Shown here: one piece after another, positions 38,508 through 52,780 of the stretch
Layout: the number at the start of each line of letters is the position of its first letter
How positions within the stretch are numbered: the first letter of the stretch is position 1
Source: Octopus vulgaris
Taxonomy: Eukaryota
Assembly (NCBI GenBank): GCA_951406725.2
Contig: OX597823.1
Span: 102,424,001 to 102,488,000 of the forward strand
DNA: 64,000 nt
Direction: 5' to 3'
The notes under the pieces: model-generated
The model's database searches: none
Seen by the model: the letters and a program-made list of their open reading frames with translations, nothing else
What the model was told of the DNA's origin: nothing
Translations under genes and position numbers: made by a program

Positions 38508-40404
38508 GTATCATGTGATTGCCTGACTAACAAAAACAGTAACAACAACTGAGATTGCCGAAGATATATTACATCTTTTAAAAATTTTAAATTAACCAAT
38601 TATTTATTTTTCCGAGGATGGCAACTCATTAAATATGATGAATGTGGCACTGGTTTCACTAAGATGGAACAGAAATTAAATCACACTTTACTATGAACCG
38701 TTTTACTCCAGTCTGATGTCAATATATACGAAATAGTTTTCAAGTACAAAATAAAATAATATATACTTTATAGTTATGTAAGACAAATATAACAAAATTA
38801 TTTTATTGCTATAAGTAGTTGCGTAATATATAGACGGAAATATGGCTTCTTAGAGTTTTAATATGAAATAGAAATTGAAAATTCTTAAACCGTAAGCAAT
38901 ATGAAATATATAGCTATATGTGTACACACACAAACACACGTGAGTGTGTGTGCGTTCAGTTTTCTTTTGAATAGACACCTTTATTTTATGGCTTTGTCAA
39001 CTAATTCATGCGTTTGATTAATCGCACACTATGCTGTTTAGCCCTAGGTCAGAACTGATCCAGCATGCTTACGATCACAGGTTTTCATTCGTACCCCACC
39101 ACCCGGTTTATTTACAGGAATTGTTTCTGGGACTACACTATGGAATATGCCCTTACTCACTATTCCCCATGGTAGAAGAATGTCGTTTGAGAGATATGGT
39201 GCTTTCATTTCTAGAGACTACCACATTGTTCAAGGGACCAAACTCTCTCAGAATCCACTAGGTCTTCGCGGGAACTAAATAACCAAAATGACAACAGCAA
39301 AATTGAACTCAGAACGAAAAGACTGGAGCAAAGACCGCCAAGCATTTCTGTGCGACGCTCAAACGATTCTCTAATGCTTCGCCTTTTTGAATACGACTCT
39401 GGTTGTGAGAATGGAACAACTTGCAGTTTCAATACATTCTACAAATATGCTATGTTTATATATACCACTGTATATACAAGTATGTGTTTGTTTGTTTATG
39501 TACATGTGGAAACATGGTGTTGGTGGGTGGTAGTGTGTGTATGCGTGACCTCTTTCGAAATCTACTTTTCCTTTAGGATGGTTTTTCCTAAACACAACAA
39601 TTCAGATAAATGTACGTTACGTAAAAATTAGAAACTATTGCATTCATACAAATAAAACTGGGCATAATAACTTTTTGTAAAAGAGGACAATAAAAGAACC
39701 TTGAGAGGTTGAGGGGCGTGCCTTCCGTGTGATTAACCCAATCATATACTAATTATTAAATGTGCACAAACAAACTTAATATAACGAGCCAAGAAATATC
39801 AATTTATTTATATTAGACTCCTTGTGGGGAAAAACAGCCCACGTTTTATTTTTTATTAAATTCGATCAATTTAAATTTGAGAGTTGTCTCCCCCTATTAA
39901 GAAATATAAATTCATAAATGAAAATTGCATTCGTAATCTTTTATCTTTTTATTTGTTTTAGTCACTGGACTGCGGCCATACTGAACACTGCCTTGAAGAG
40001 TTGAGTCGAACAAATGCTCCCACCGTACTTATCTTGAGGACTCTATCGCCACACCCCTTCAAGGTATAGTGAACGGGGAAGCTGGATGGGTGGAATATTT
40101 CTTGGCAGGTAATGGGGGAGAGAGCTCCGACGTTTGACCAAATAAAATTTAATGAATAAAATAACGGGGACATGCTCTCCTCATTACAGGTATGAATTTC
40201 ATTGATAAACATTAATTAGTAGAAGAGACTTCCTAATAAGACCCTAATCTATCGCACACTGGAGTGATATTTTATTTCAACAATCCCCGGAAGGATGAAA
40301 GGCAAAGTTGCTCTCAGTAAGATTTCAACTCAGAATACAAGACATTTTCTACATCACTCGAACGATTCTGCCAATTCGCCATCTTGATGTAAGTAGATAA
40401 GTAT

Positions 40405-40650
40405 TACCTCGAGCCCTAGGACTCGTATGAGCCGATTTCTCCGCTTTCCATTGGTGTATAAATTACCGAGATGACACCTCCACTAAACGGAACGCTACTT
40501 CTTCGTAGGATAACTCATTGACAGCTGAGTGATCTGAAGCACTTAAGTGTTTTGCTCAAAAACACAGCGCACTGTCCGGTCCGGGAACCGAAACCACGTT
40601 CTAGCAATCGAGAATGCAATGCCTCTAACCACTAGGCTACGCGACTTCAT
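40405..40650 (-). mobile_element. tRNA-derived SINE, diverged
   Basis: Reverse head gaagtcgcgtagcctagtggttagagg...ggtttcggttcccggacc and core tgtttttgagcaaaacactt. Confidence 0.65.
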
Positions 40651-40855
40651 TGTCGTCATGTAATTTTAATTTTAATGCTCACTACATTTAAGTATTTTAG
40701 TACCAACTTAGATATTTGTTTTTCCTGCAGAAAGCGCCACTGGGCACTTGCACTCTTCCACCGATAAACCTTCTGACTTACCGAGTCGATGTTGTGTAGA
40801 ATAACTTCCCCGTTTTACGATTACAGTGTGTTCATAACCCATCTAGCTCATTGGT

Positions 40856-40914
40856 GCAAGGGATTCTGGGACACCGTTGTTTCGACATGTGTCTCGTCAG
40901 CCGGAACTACCCCG
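40856..40914 (-). ncRNA. Type I hammerhead ribozyme with intact catalytic core
   Basis: Reverse complement: ggggtag-ttccgg-CTGACGA-gaca-ca-tgtc-GAAAC-aacggt-GTC-ccagaa-tccc. All three stems can form. Confidence 0.8.
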
Positions 40915-41305
40915 TTCTTTTGAGTTGAGCGTGTTATTAACACACTGTCATCGTGAAAAAGAAAAAAATGTTCTGCGACGTATACAACAGCGAATAGCGT
41001 ATTTGCATTTGTATCTGCTGGAATGTATTAAGAATAAACATGCAAATCATCGTTTCAGATCTTGCTGTTCACAGTACAAATAACAATTTTTAAATAAGTC
41101 TAAGAAAACTGGAAATTGAAGTTAGCTAACATTGATGAAAAGCCATTAACTCTCTCTTTTCCGTTTCTTTATTCAAATGTCATCTGATATTTCCCTCTCT
41201 GCATTATCGCTATCTCGCCGTCTTTCTCTCTTTTTTTCTTCTCTTTAACTCCCTTCTCTCTTGCCTCAGACTCCTTAGATAAGACAAACACACATACACA
41301 TACAG

Positions 41306-41369
<64 letters not shown>

Positions 41370-42028
41370 CCTCATTCTAAGCGCTTCTCTTCTTCATTTT
41401 CACTCACGTTATCTCCCTATTCCTCCCGTCGATGCCTCGTTCTCTATTATCTCTCCTTTTCCTTCTACCTCTTTCTTTCTTTCTTCTCGTTTTCAGTTCT
41501 CCAGTTTTCGACTTTTTACTGTCTTTCTTTCTCCTAATATTGATGAAATGAAGATGACACAACTGTTGACTCAGTCAAATAATGATACGTCTGCAACGAG
41601 AAATAACAGAGAACCTATTAAGTTTCGGGAGAGAAAAGGGAGGGGTAGATAAATAATATGATAAAGAGAGAGATAGTGAGCGTGTAAGAGAGATAGACAA
41701 AGGAAAAGAGAGTGTGTAAATGAGAAAGAAAAACAAAGCGTAAAAAAAGAGAGACAGTTTGAGTGTGTGAGAGAGACAGAGTGCGAGAAATTGACAAATA
41801 TAAGGTGAGAGAAAGTTGACATTGCTTATTTACATTGCTGTTTGGGGAAGGAAGACCAAGTATAAAAATGATTTCTTCACCTCAGAGTCAGACTTCACAT
41901 TCTGCCGCGGGTCAATATGCCCTTCACTCTCCACCCCCACCCTTCGCTGGATTAGCCATGAAATAGGAGCCTGGGGGTGGTAAGTGGTCTAATTGAAGGA
42001 GAACGGTGGGTTGGCGGAAACGGTAGAG

Positions 42029-43390
42029 CAGAAGTTCTCGACGAGGGCGATACTGGGCCTATGGGGGCGCAGGAATTGTCGAAGGGGGCTTTAGGGGGCG
42101 GTAAGAGGAGCCGTGAGGTAACATACTAAATTTTACCTATTGTAGTAATTATATGATAAAACTAGTAATGGTTATTCAAATAAAATGAGTGATAAGTACA
42201 TATCGTAGCTAAAGACATGTTTGAACAAGAATAATTAATTGATGAATAATCAATTTCTGATATTTTGTTTTTGGATTTGGTTTGCAAGATTCTTTATATG
42301 AGTTCGTGTGTTGAAGCATATTCTGTTGTGTCTGGGGAGAGTCATTTTCTTTTTGTGCCTTATTATGTAACACACTCACCAGTAAAATTTCCATTTATTC
42401 CTTATTTTTATTTTCCTAAAATTTTCGTTGTGTCTTGCAACCTTTTCAATCGTCTTGACTCTGTCCGTTATTTACACTGTGTTCCCTTTTGTTTGTGTGC
42501 ATGTGTGTGGGTCAGTGTGTGTGTGTGTGCCTATGCATGCATGTACATATGTATGTGTGTATGTATGTATGCATGTGTATGTATGCATACATGTGTGTGT
42601 ATGCATATGTATATATGTATGTATGTCTGTGCATCTATATGTATCTATCCTGCATATTCATGTGTTTGCATGTCCTTGTTCGTGTATTTTCTATGTATGT
42701 GTGTGTATTTATAGGCACGCATTCTTCCTTGCTTTTTTTTTTTTGTATATTGTAATCTCAATTATATTTTACTTAGTGATATAATTACATACATTGTTGT
42801 GTACGTTACTCTTTAAAAAATTTAGAATGAGTGAAAAAAAAAAGTGCTGTCAACACTCGAGTGAATATTTTGAAATATGGATTTATTCCATCGATAAATA
42901 ACTACGTTTAATATGTGAAAAAAAAATTCTCAAATGAAGCAATTTACAAAATTTACAAAAAATTCATCTAGATGAAACCAGGAAAGATGAGGACTGCTTT
43001 CGCCAAATGAAAACTGATTTTAAAAACCATCTTACTCTCAGAGTTCTTTACCAAACTTTCAAGATTAATTGTGAAATGAGGGAAACCACATACTATTGGC
43101 GAAACTCATCTTTTTTCCAGCTATAAATGAAATTTTGGAAAATATGGTTTGCTCAGGTAAAAGTGCTAGAACAGCATCAGTTTCTCTCAGAAATTGTACA
43201 GTAACAGCAAGAATAGATAACATGGTAAAGGATGTGGAAAGTACAGTGTGTGGATTTAAAAAAACGAAGAAATTTCTTTACAACTTGATGAGTCTACTTT
43301 ACGCAACAATGAATCTTAGTTAATGTCCGATGTCTGTTATGTAAATTCACATTTGGAAATTATTGAAGAGCTTCTGTTTGATAAAACAAA
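42029..43390 (+). mobile_element. Degenerate hAT (Buster/SCAND3-like) transposon: 5' end and transposase fragments, interrupted at 42260-42790
   Basis: 5' cagaagttctcgac...gggggcg. Across frameshifts: KYGFIP, KFSNEA, GKPHTIGE, VSLRNCTVTARIDNM, LQLDESTLRNNES. Confidence 0.7.
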
Positions 43391-44643
43391 ATGGTACTTG
43401 ACATGAACGACAACCGCTTCACCAAATTTCTAATGTTGAGCCTACGTTAGAAACAATTATTATTTATAGATGTGAGAGAGTTGGATTAACCAAGTCCTTA
43501 GAGTATTAGACAAATAATACCTTGCAGTATTTGTTTTAGTTGTTCACATTTTGAGTTCAAATCCTGCCGATGTCAACTGTATCTCTTATCTTTCTGGTGT
43601 CGATGAAATTAGGTACCAATCAAGAAGTGAAATCCATTCAATCGACAAATCCCTCCCACCGAATTTCTGACTTTTTGCCTGATAATATCATTAGAGTTGG
43701 AAAGATATACAGAGAGGTTGCACAACTTTGCAGCAACAGGTCATTAGAAGAGAGACTCTATACTTACAAGCAAAAAAGTTGTGCATGGATATATCTACAG
43801 AAGTCTTCGAAGTGATAGCGTCAGCGACATTGCAAACCCCAGAGTTGTCTATCCTGGATTAACAAACACTATATTAGCTCTGACTTCGAAGGATATGTTT
43901 TTGCAATATATATTTCTTTATTGCCCACAAGGGGCTAAACATAGAAGGGACAAACAAGGACAGACAAAGGGATCAAATCGATTACATTGACCCCAGTGCG
44001 TAACTGGTACTTTATTTATCGACCCCGAAAGGATGAAAGGCAAAGTAGGAGCTGGAAATAACCACGAAATGCATGATGCACAGATGGGATACCGATGCAA
44101 GTAAATCACCTAAATGTGACAATTGATTCAGGCTTTATGGAATTAACTTTTTCTGTTAAAACCACACACACACACACACCTATGTATGAATGCGTATATA
44201 TGTGTATGTGTCTGTATGCGTATGTACGTGTATATATAAGTAAAAATACACACACACACACACTTCAAATCTGTTACACATTCATATAAACACAAATTCC
44301 GAGATGCAGTGATAAACACACAAACCCTTAATAGTGTTTCAAATTCCAATAATTTCTTATATATAGAATGTGCTTCCCCCTTTCTCCCAGCCACCTAGCC
44401 CCATGCCTCTCTTTAACCTATTTTATTATAAAGGAGCAATTAAACTTCAGCCATCGCCATAATTCCTTTCGGTTCACCGCATTCTATATTATTCTTTAAT
44501 GTTTAGGAATATCAGTTTCAGCGCGATTTAAATGCTCAATCTGTCGTCGTCGTCGTCCCGTTCTCAATAAACTCGCGTCGAATAAATACACTATGATGAA
44601 ATGTTTTCTATCCATAAGCATTCAGTTAGCGTTTTTATTTTTA

Positions 44644-44998
44644 CTAGCAGTATCGCTCGGCGTTGCTTGGGTTTGTTTCGACCCTTTAGAATTGGAATTT
44701 TTGAAAAGTAAAAATTTTGCATTATGTAGCTTGTTATTCTCTTTAAGTGAACATTTTTCTGGTTGAAATACACCGAAAAATGGCGACACAGCAGTCAAAA
44801 TAATAGTAAAAAATAGGAATTTTCATAGAAAAAAAGCACCTTTTTGATGTAAATAATTTTTGGTGTTAACATGGTCCGATTTGATTTTTTTTTCCTACGG
44901 AACGAAGAGCAAACCTTCTTCTATCATACTCTCAATTTTGGTCAACTTGCGCCGCAGGGTCTCGGAGGAGATAGTGTTAGTTGAAGGCTACCAAACCT
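44644..44998 (-). mobile_element. Non-autonomous Helitron-like element (3' part; resumes at 50384-~50419)
   Basis: Reverse complement ends cccaagcaacgccgagcgatactgCTAG|t (subterminal hairpin + CTAG). Confidence 0.6.
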
Positions 44999-45215
44999 TG
45001 ATTTTTTATTATCCATAATGACATACATAGAATGGACGATACAATTACGGATGATTTTACATTTACAGCGCAATTTGGGGTCGATAAAAATTTAACATGA
45101 TTTTATATAAAGCGAATGGATAAATAACACAATGGACATTTTTTAAACAAATGGAATGGGGCGGGTTTACGGACCCCACGAACCCCGCCTCTCACTGACC
45201 TCGTTTTTGGGGGGC

Positions 45216-48200
45216 TTATCTCGCATCCACGAGAGACCTTTTATACACGACATTCTTCCATCTTTCATCAAACACTTTCTTACTCAGGCACCTCCTCTCC
45301 GGTCCTGTTTGTCTCTTTAGGTGGAACATAAAAAATTCCACCAAACCAAGACCAGAAATGAAGTTGCCTGACATCAACTCTCTCATCGTTGTCTCCCATA
45401 CTACCTGCTTCGCAGCTGCTACCACAGAGAGAAAACAATTCTTACCTTCTTTCGTTAAGAAATCCGGCGGGTCAATTTTCACTATGGATTCAGTTGATAG
45501 CTGTGCTCTTCCTCCACCTGACAACAGTTGTTCGGCACAAACCTGCATGTCTGACACCTCTGGACACTGCACAATCGCGTGCGAGACAGTTTCCCTGTCT
45601 CGCCCACATCTTGGACAGATCGGGGTGTCGTTGCCACCATGCCTTGTGAGTTTATCCCGAACAGGTAAGGCACCTCGGTAACACTGCCATGCCAAGGACT
45701 TCTGAAAATTATCCTGGGTCCTCGGCTCGAATGTACGTTGGAACATTCTGGCCAGCTGATTATCGTCAAAACCTAGGGTCTCCCTTAATGTATCATTGCA
45801 ACCGGCCTCTACAAACCCTCTATAGAAAACAGCGGTAGAACCACTGCTGCAGGCATTGCCCGAGCGACAGGAGAGTCGGAGTGCCTTACGGCACTCCGTG
45901 TACCACGTACCCAACTTCGAGCTACGATTATACTAGGCTTTCCGTCCACCGAAACTGGTGAACCTGGGAAACATGTTTCGCCATCGGAGACCACACCCGT
46001 TCACCATCCAGGTAGAGCCACAGATGCCTTAACCTCAGCGCATTTCTGCGCATCATTAGCCACGGCATCCCTAGTCCACCCTTTAACGGTCGTTGACAAC
46101 AAACAGAGCGTTTCACAAGCGGTTTCGAGCTCTTCCACAGGAAGCGGAAGAGCTGTCTTTCCAGCTTGGTTAACCACGAATCCGGACAAGGCACGACGGC
46201 AAGGCGGTAGGTGATCACCGATGCGATAAACACATTGGCTACCTCCGCCCTTCCTTTCAGGGATAGCCACCGCCAAGACCAGGTCTTGACTGCGTGGGTC
46301 ACCCTGCTCATTACCTCGTTCCAGTTCTTCTCTATTTGGAGGTCTGGTCCGAACCAAACCCCGAGCAACTTAATCGGACCCTCCGTCCAACATCCCATGA
46401 CGCTGTCTGGAGGCATCGACTTGCCTCTCCAGGTGCCGAGTTGCAAGTCGACTGACTTTTCGCGATTAACTTTTGCTCCTGCCACCGTCTCGTAAGCCTC
46501 TATGGCCTTGCCTACTTTACGTAGGAGGTCCACTTCGGTCACGATGATACTGATGTCATCCGCGTAAGCTGAAACCGACATTCCACAACCTGGTTGTCTC
46601 GGGATGCCGCTCAGTTTTCGTAGCAATGGCTCAAGAGCCACTATATACAAAAGCGGGGAGGGCGGACACCCTTGACGAACCGAGCATTTGACACTGAACA
46701 GCTTAGACAGAAAGCCGTTCACACGAACTACCGAGTCGACGTTGTCATACATTTCAATGATCCACCTGAGGAAGCCAAGACCTAGGCCGAACTGTGCCAG
46801 AACGGACACCAGGTAATGATGGTCGACCCTATCAAAAGCTTTCGATTGGTCTAAATGGACCACTGCCCCTCCCTTGCCGGAATCGTTATTCATTCCATCT
46901 ATGGTGTATCTAATAAGATGGAGATTATCCTGAATGGACCTGCCGGGTACGGCACATGTTTGTGCCTCCCCGATTAGTCCATCCGCGACACGCGCCAATC
47001 TTTTCGATAACACTTTGGCCAGTCTTCAGCTCTGCGTTTAGCAGAATGATGGGCCTAAAATTATCAATGACGTCCCCCTTGTCCGGGTCCTTCCTGACTA
47101 GTGTCACTACTCCCCGGCGCACAGATCTGGGAATAAATCCATTCTGCTGCCAGCTCGCGTAGACGTTCGCCAGTAAGTCCCCGAACAAGTCCGGCATACT
47201 TTTATATAGCTCGTAGGGTAGACCATCCAGTCCCGGCGCTTTACCCGCGCTCCAGTCAGCCATGGCCTCTATTACTTCCCCAGGCGTGATCGGCTCCTCA
47301 CTACACTTCGCATCCCGCTCCGAGAAGCGCGGCAGCCCGTCGAGGAAGTCCGTTAGGTCCCTCCTCCTATCCGGTCCGTCGCTCCCCTCAAAGCTGGGCG
47401 AAGTGGTCCTGAAAAGCCTCACACATTTCCTCGGGCTCGTCTATCAACTTACCTTGTTGGTTCGTCAAAGATCGAATTGTGGCATCGTTGCCACGTTGGG
47501 CTTCCACCACTCGGGCCCATCCCGCGGCATTAATTCCTTCGCTCCCCATTGCACGTTGTCTAGACCCGACAATATAACCCACGTGTTTGGCTTCGAGGTG
47601 CTGGTTCAAAACCAGTCTCTTGACCTTCACCTGGGCTGCCGTGCCAGTTCGCATTGCTTCTTCTAAGTCCTTAACTATTGCTGATTCCCTTCTAGCCTCT
47701 CTAGCTACTAGACCTATACTATATCTAATAGCCTCATATCTGATGGCTCGCTTGAGGGCATACCACCGTTTGTTGTTAATAATGGATCGGTCAATGCCCT
47801 CTGAATCAGTAACTTAATCCGGCCTCTGTACTCCTTAATCGCCAAAAGGGACGTATTAAGTTTCCAGTAACCGGGACCTCTATATAACTTATCTATGTCG
47901 AGCCTACAGGTGACCATCTTGTGATCACTGTAGCTGACCATGTGAAGCTGTGGACGCTTAGCTATTTTTCTATCTACTTTTCTAATTAATATTCTGTCTA
48001 TGTACGATCTGGAAGATCCGTCGCTGTTTGACCATGTCCACAATGGAGCGTTCGGATGTTCCAGTCTATATGGATCTACCAGCTCGAAACGTCTTAGTAG
48101 ATCCTGGAAGCAAGCATTTCCTTTCCTATCAGGTCGCGAGCCTACACAGTCTACCCGCACATCGTAAATTGTGTTGAAGTCTCCTAGTATAGCTAAAGGA

Positions 48201-48607
48201 TGCGATGTACTAAGAAACTTTTCCAGGTTCCGAAAATATTCGCTTTGCCCCGCTGTTATTTGGGGTGCGTAAATCGCAACCAGTCTGATTGTCTTACAAC
48301 TGCTTAAAGTCAAGTCAACGACGACCAGTCTACCTTCTGAATCTGAAAAAATCAACCTTTTCTCAGAAACCCGGTTCTTTTTCCATAGGACCAACACCCC
48401 ACTTCCGCCGGACGGACGGCCCGGAGAGATAATTCTCTCGTAACCGTCGAACAGCGGGAGCAGATCTCTTGGCCCCTTTAACCAGGCTTCTGTGGCAACA
48501 ACAACATCTAAATCCTGTGACCTGATATCATTTAGAAAGCGCCCTTGCTTCCAGTTCGACATCAGGCCACGCACATTTATGCACCCTACATGAATGCGAG
48601 ACATCAC
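45216..48607 (-). pseudogene. LINE ORF2 (APE endonuclease - RT - zf-RVT)
   Basis: EN GCINVRG/IYAP/LGDFN/YIDRI/SDH (47714-48607); KAPGLDGLPYELY; RT LDQSKAFDRV, VRQGCP, AYADDI (45928-47013); CPRCGRDRETVSHAIVQC. At least four frame breaks. Confidence 0.95.
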
Positions 48608-48609
48608 CT

Positions 48610-50140
48610 ACCTTAAACGGTCGTCTTTGTTTTTCCGGCTGTTCGTGGGGTGAAATTCTGACTTAAGTCCTCGAACAACGACTCATGTAAGTCGTGTCGA
48701 GGACCGTAGATGTCTGCTTTATATTTTGAGCGAATGATATTTAAATTTAACATATCAATTTTATATATGTCTACATGTGTGTTTGTATCTGTAAGGCTGA
48801 TGGCGTGCTATTAATATCATTTTCTTTATTAATGGCCATGTACACCATGTTAAGAGTCACATTTTCTTTTCCTGGGCTTTGTGGGGGTGATGGGGTGAAC
48901 GGTGGGGTGGGGTCTTGGAGGGGAGGAAATTGTTCAACACTGAGGGGTGGGTGGGGGTGGTTATCCGGGATGGGATGGGGGTGCTTTACTTTTTTTCCTT
49001 TTTGTGGGGAACCGTGGTGGGGTGGGGTAGTTTTTTCCTGTGTGTTTGCTGTATTGGTTTTTTTTCTTGTTTGTGCTTGGGGTGGGTGGGGTTAAATCTT
49101 CATTCCTCCTTTTCGGAGTCTTTCTCTGTCTCACCGGAGTGAAATCGTTTTCCTCTTCGGCGTCCTTTTGTTTTTCTCTTCCGTCTCCTTTCGCCTCTTC
49201 TCCTCCGCTTCCTTTTTTCTTCCTCTTTTTTGCGGGTGGAGCAGTCCACTCGAATGTGGCCCTTTTCTCCACAATCGTTGCACCGGGGTTTTCGCCCCTC
49301 TACCACCACCCGCAAAGTGATTTCTTCACCAAAGTTGATATTCTCAACAATTTCTTCCAGTGTTTCCGGTGCCGCCTAGATAGTAACTTCAAGGCTCTGG
49401 CCTCGCCAGTTTTGTTTCAGGACCTTTGTCACTTCTACAATGTTTATTTTTTCTTCCAGCCCCATCAGTAAGGCTGGAAGCAACCATGCCACTTCGATTT
49501 CCGGCGAAATCTCTTCAATTTTCACTTTGGCGGTTCTCCTTCCTAAGTAGGTTGGTAATAAAATGATTTCATTTATTTTGATGGGTTTTAGGGAGTGGAG
49601 TTTTGCCTTGTTTTCGTTTTTGAAATATACTACTATTGTGGCATATTTCTTCCCTCTTGTTAATTATTCGATGTCGTTCCAAATCGGCTGCAGGCACTTC
49701 TCTGCCTGCTCATTCGTTACTTTCTCCATTTTTTTTTTGTCCTTTATCACAAAGGATTTATATACAATAATTCTTTCTTGTGTCTTTTCCGGATTTCATT
49801 TGGAAGGGTGGCCTTTGCATCGGTCCCCTCCCTCGTGTACATGTCTTTGAATTTCATGTACTCATTTTTTTCCATTTTTATGACTTCTGTTTTTTGGACC
49901 AGCCGCAGCTGCGAAGTTGAATGCTTTGGTTTCTTTTGAAGACGAATCTTCTCTGCTTGCTTGTTTAGCTGAATTGGTTGCTTGTTTTGGTAAATTTTCT
50001 TTGGTTTGCTTCGATAAATCTTTTTCATTTTTTAATCCAGAAGGCGAACCTTCAATGGCTTCAAATGAAGGCGAACCTTCAACAGATGAAACTGACAGTG
50101 TTTCCACTGCATACATTTTTTTTGAAGAAGAAGACAACAT
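48610..50140 (-). pseudogene. LINE ORF1 (CCHC zinc knuckle, Lys/Glu- and Pro-rich tail)
   Basis: NFAAAAG, PTYLGRRTAKVKIEEISPEIEV, RVVVEGRKPRCNDCGEKGHIRVDC; multiple frameshifts. Confidence 0.85.
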
Positions 50141-52231
50141 GTCTTCCTTGTTCATTTTTTTCCACAGAGTTATAATATTTTTGTGTATATGTATGCGAAA
50201 AAATGCAACACTTTTCCCCTCCGTAAGGAGGGGAACAACAGTTTTTTTTTTGTCTGTTATACAACAGACGCACAAAGTTTAACAGCAACAATAAAATTCA
50301 ACAATTTTCAACAATATTCAACGCTAAACAATTTCTCACAACAACACTCCACTTCGAGAATAACACAGTCAACCACGTGACGAGAAGGCTACCAAACCTG
50401 CCATACACAGACAACTTCATTTGTTCGACTAAATGCAGTGCTCCAGCATGGCCGCAGTCAATTGACTGAAACAAGTAAAAGAATAAAATATATACTAAAT
50501 CTAAAGAAATGAATTCAGACAGAATACAAGAGTTGCCTCCCTTTAAAATTATTCATTAGACAAATGATTGATTGATTATTTTGATTAAATAAAAACTTAG
50601 TCATTGGACTACGGCCAATGACTTGAGTAAATGATATAAATAAGGGTTTAGTTAAAAGAATCAACCCCAGAACTTATTTTATTATAGCCTAGTACTTATT
50701 CTATTGGCTGTCTTTTGTAAACTACTAAGCCACATGAATGTAAACAAACCAGCACCGGTTGTGAAGCGGTGGCGGAGAACAAATGCTATACACAAACACA
50801 CACATACATATGGGCATGAGTGCATGCATTTTTGTGTTTGAGTTTATTCCCTCACCACTGACTGACAACCACTGTTAGTTCATTTACGTCCCTGTATCTT
50901 AGCGGTTCAGCAAAAAGAAGCTGACAGAAAAAGAAAAAGAAAAAAAGCTGTGCCCCAGCATAGCCGCAGTCCAATGATTGAAACAAATAAAACACTCAGA
51001 TACGACGCACTTATGCACAATTCCCATTAATCCGACAACAGTTGCCCAAAAATCCGCGGTGTAGAGTCGAGCCTGAGAGAACGTGGTTGCGACACGAATC
51101 ACTTAATCACAGAGCCATACTTGGTTTTCGAAAAATAAAGTGTTCTGCTTCAAACATTTGTTATTTCTTCTCGCTCTGCACTAACATACATACTTTTGAG
51201 AACGTTTGCTCTTTGGTTGCTTTCTTCGAAGAATTTCCCATTTATTTTACTCTTTAAACATATTTGTATATAGAATGAAGTTATTAAATCCACAACCCTC
51301 TTCAACAAGGGTAGAGACACTTTTCAGAGCTGGGTCGTATTACATGGTCACAAGAGCCTGTTAAAGGCTACACCCTTATTGAGAGAAATGAAGAACGTTT
51401 ATTACCGTCATGTTTACAGATGTGGGTTCGAGTCCACCGGGCAGCAACAACTTTTTCTAATTAAAGTATTTTCAATTCAATATTTACACGCTGTTATTTA
51501 TAGCTTTATCTGATTCGAGATCTACAGTTCTAAAAAAGAATATTCAATTAAATTTTACAAATCCATAGGTATGCCACGTAAATTTTTCGGAATGACACAA
51601 ATATTGTATTACTTATATCAAATTCCTTACTCAGAAACATGGATATTTTAGAAATAACGTCAACGAATAACTTCAAATTTGAGTTATCGTGATATTTCGC
51701 CGGCCCGTGAGGCAATTATCCGTCCTTGCTTTACATTTCATCCAGGCATCGATCTATACATGTTCTAACTGAATATCAGTTGCATCACCATTACAGGAGG
51801 ACTTACAAAAGTAATGGTCACTCTATTTGTTTGCCTAACTGACATTAACTAATTAATTAGTAAACTACAATAATAGCAGCAGTTTTATCTATGGGAATCA
51901 ACGGTTACTCAGACTGTGACACAGTTTTTTGATAACCGGTGAATCTTAATCGTTACGTCACTAATGCTCTGGGAAAGACTTAACAGCACTTTTCTCCTTC
52001 TTTACAGAAAAGTTAACCTCATTACTCATAACTTTATGACACTGATGCTGGACTAGCGAGAAGACAGCGTAGTAACAGACGAGAGGTCGGGTAGAGCATT
52101 CTTCGTCGTTTTGTGTTCAAATCCCACTGAACTTTGCCGTTCATCCCTTCAGGATCAGATTATTTATTTTAATATTTTTTTATGCGCCCTTTTTAAGCTT
52201 AGCTAGGCTTGTATATATATATATAAAAGCT

Positions 52232-52423
52232 TTTTATCTTTTACTTGTTTCAATCATTAGACTGCGATCGTACTGGGGCAATACCTTGACGAATTTTTTA
52301 GCTGAATGAAACGATGCCAGAACTTTTTTAAAGTCTGGTACCTATTCTATCGAATCTTTTACCGAACGGCTAAGTTACGGGGACGTAAACACACCAACAC
52401 CGGTTATCAAGCGGTGGTGGTGG

Positions 52424-52504
<81 letters not shown>

Positions 52505-52780
52505 TTAATAAGAAGAATGACCACTAAAGTGGATTCCTATACACTAGAGATAGACGTCAAATTGCCTTACCACAAAGAGTGTGTTCTCAAGAAGAAAAAA
52601 ACCTACATATATATGACGGGCTTCTTCAGTACGCAACAGGTCTTGGCATTTTAAGTAACAAGGCTTTGGTTGGCCCGAGGCTATTGCAGAAGACACTTGC
52701 CCAAGGTGTCACACAGTGAGACTAAATCAAGAAACATGATGTTAGGAAGCAAGCTTCTCGTCACACAGCCAGGCCTGCGC
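52232..52780 (-). mobile_element. SINE family A (reverse) with internal insertions
   Basis: Tail ttttacttgtttcaatcatt, body gacacttgcccaaggtg, head cacacagccaggcctgcgc. Confidence 0.8.

Larger units (their letters stand above)
44999..50383 (-). mobile_element. Full-length Tx1/L1-like LINE with 16-bp TSD; ORF1 and ORF2 frameshifted
   Basis: TSD gaaggctaccaaacct at 44983-44998 and 50384-50399; ORF1 knuckle CNDCGEKGHIRVDC; EN, RT and C-terminal zinc finger present; AATAAA at the 3' end (~45005-45010). Confidence 0.95.
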
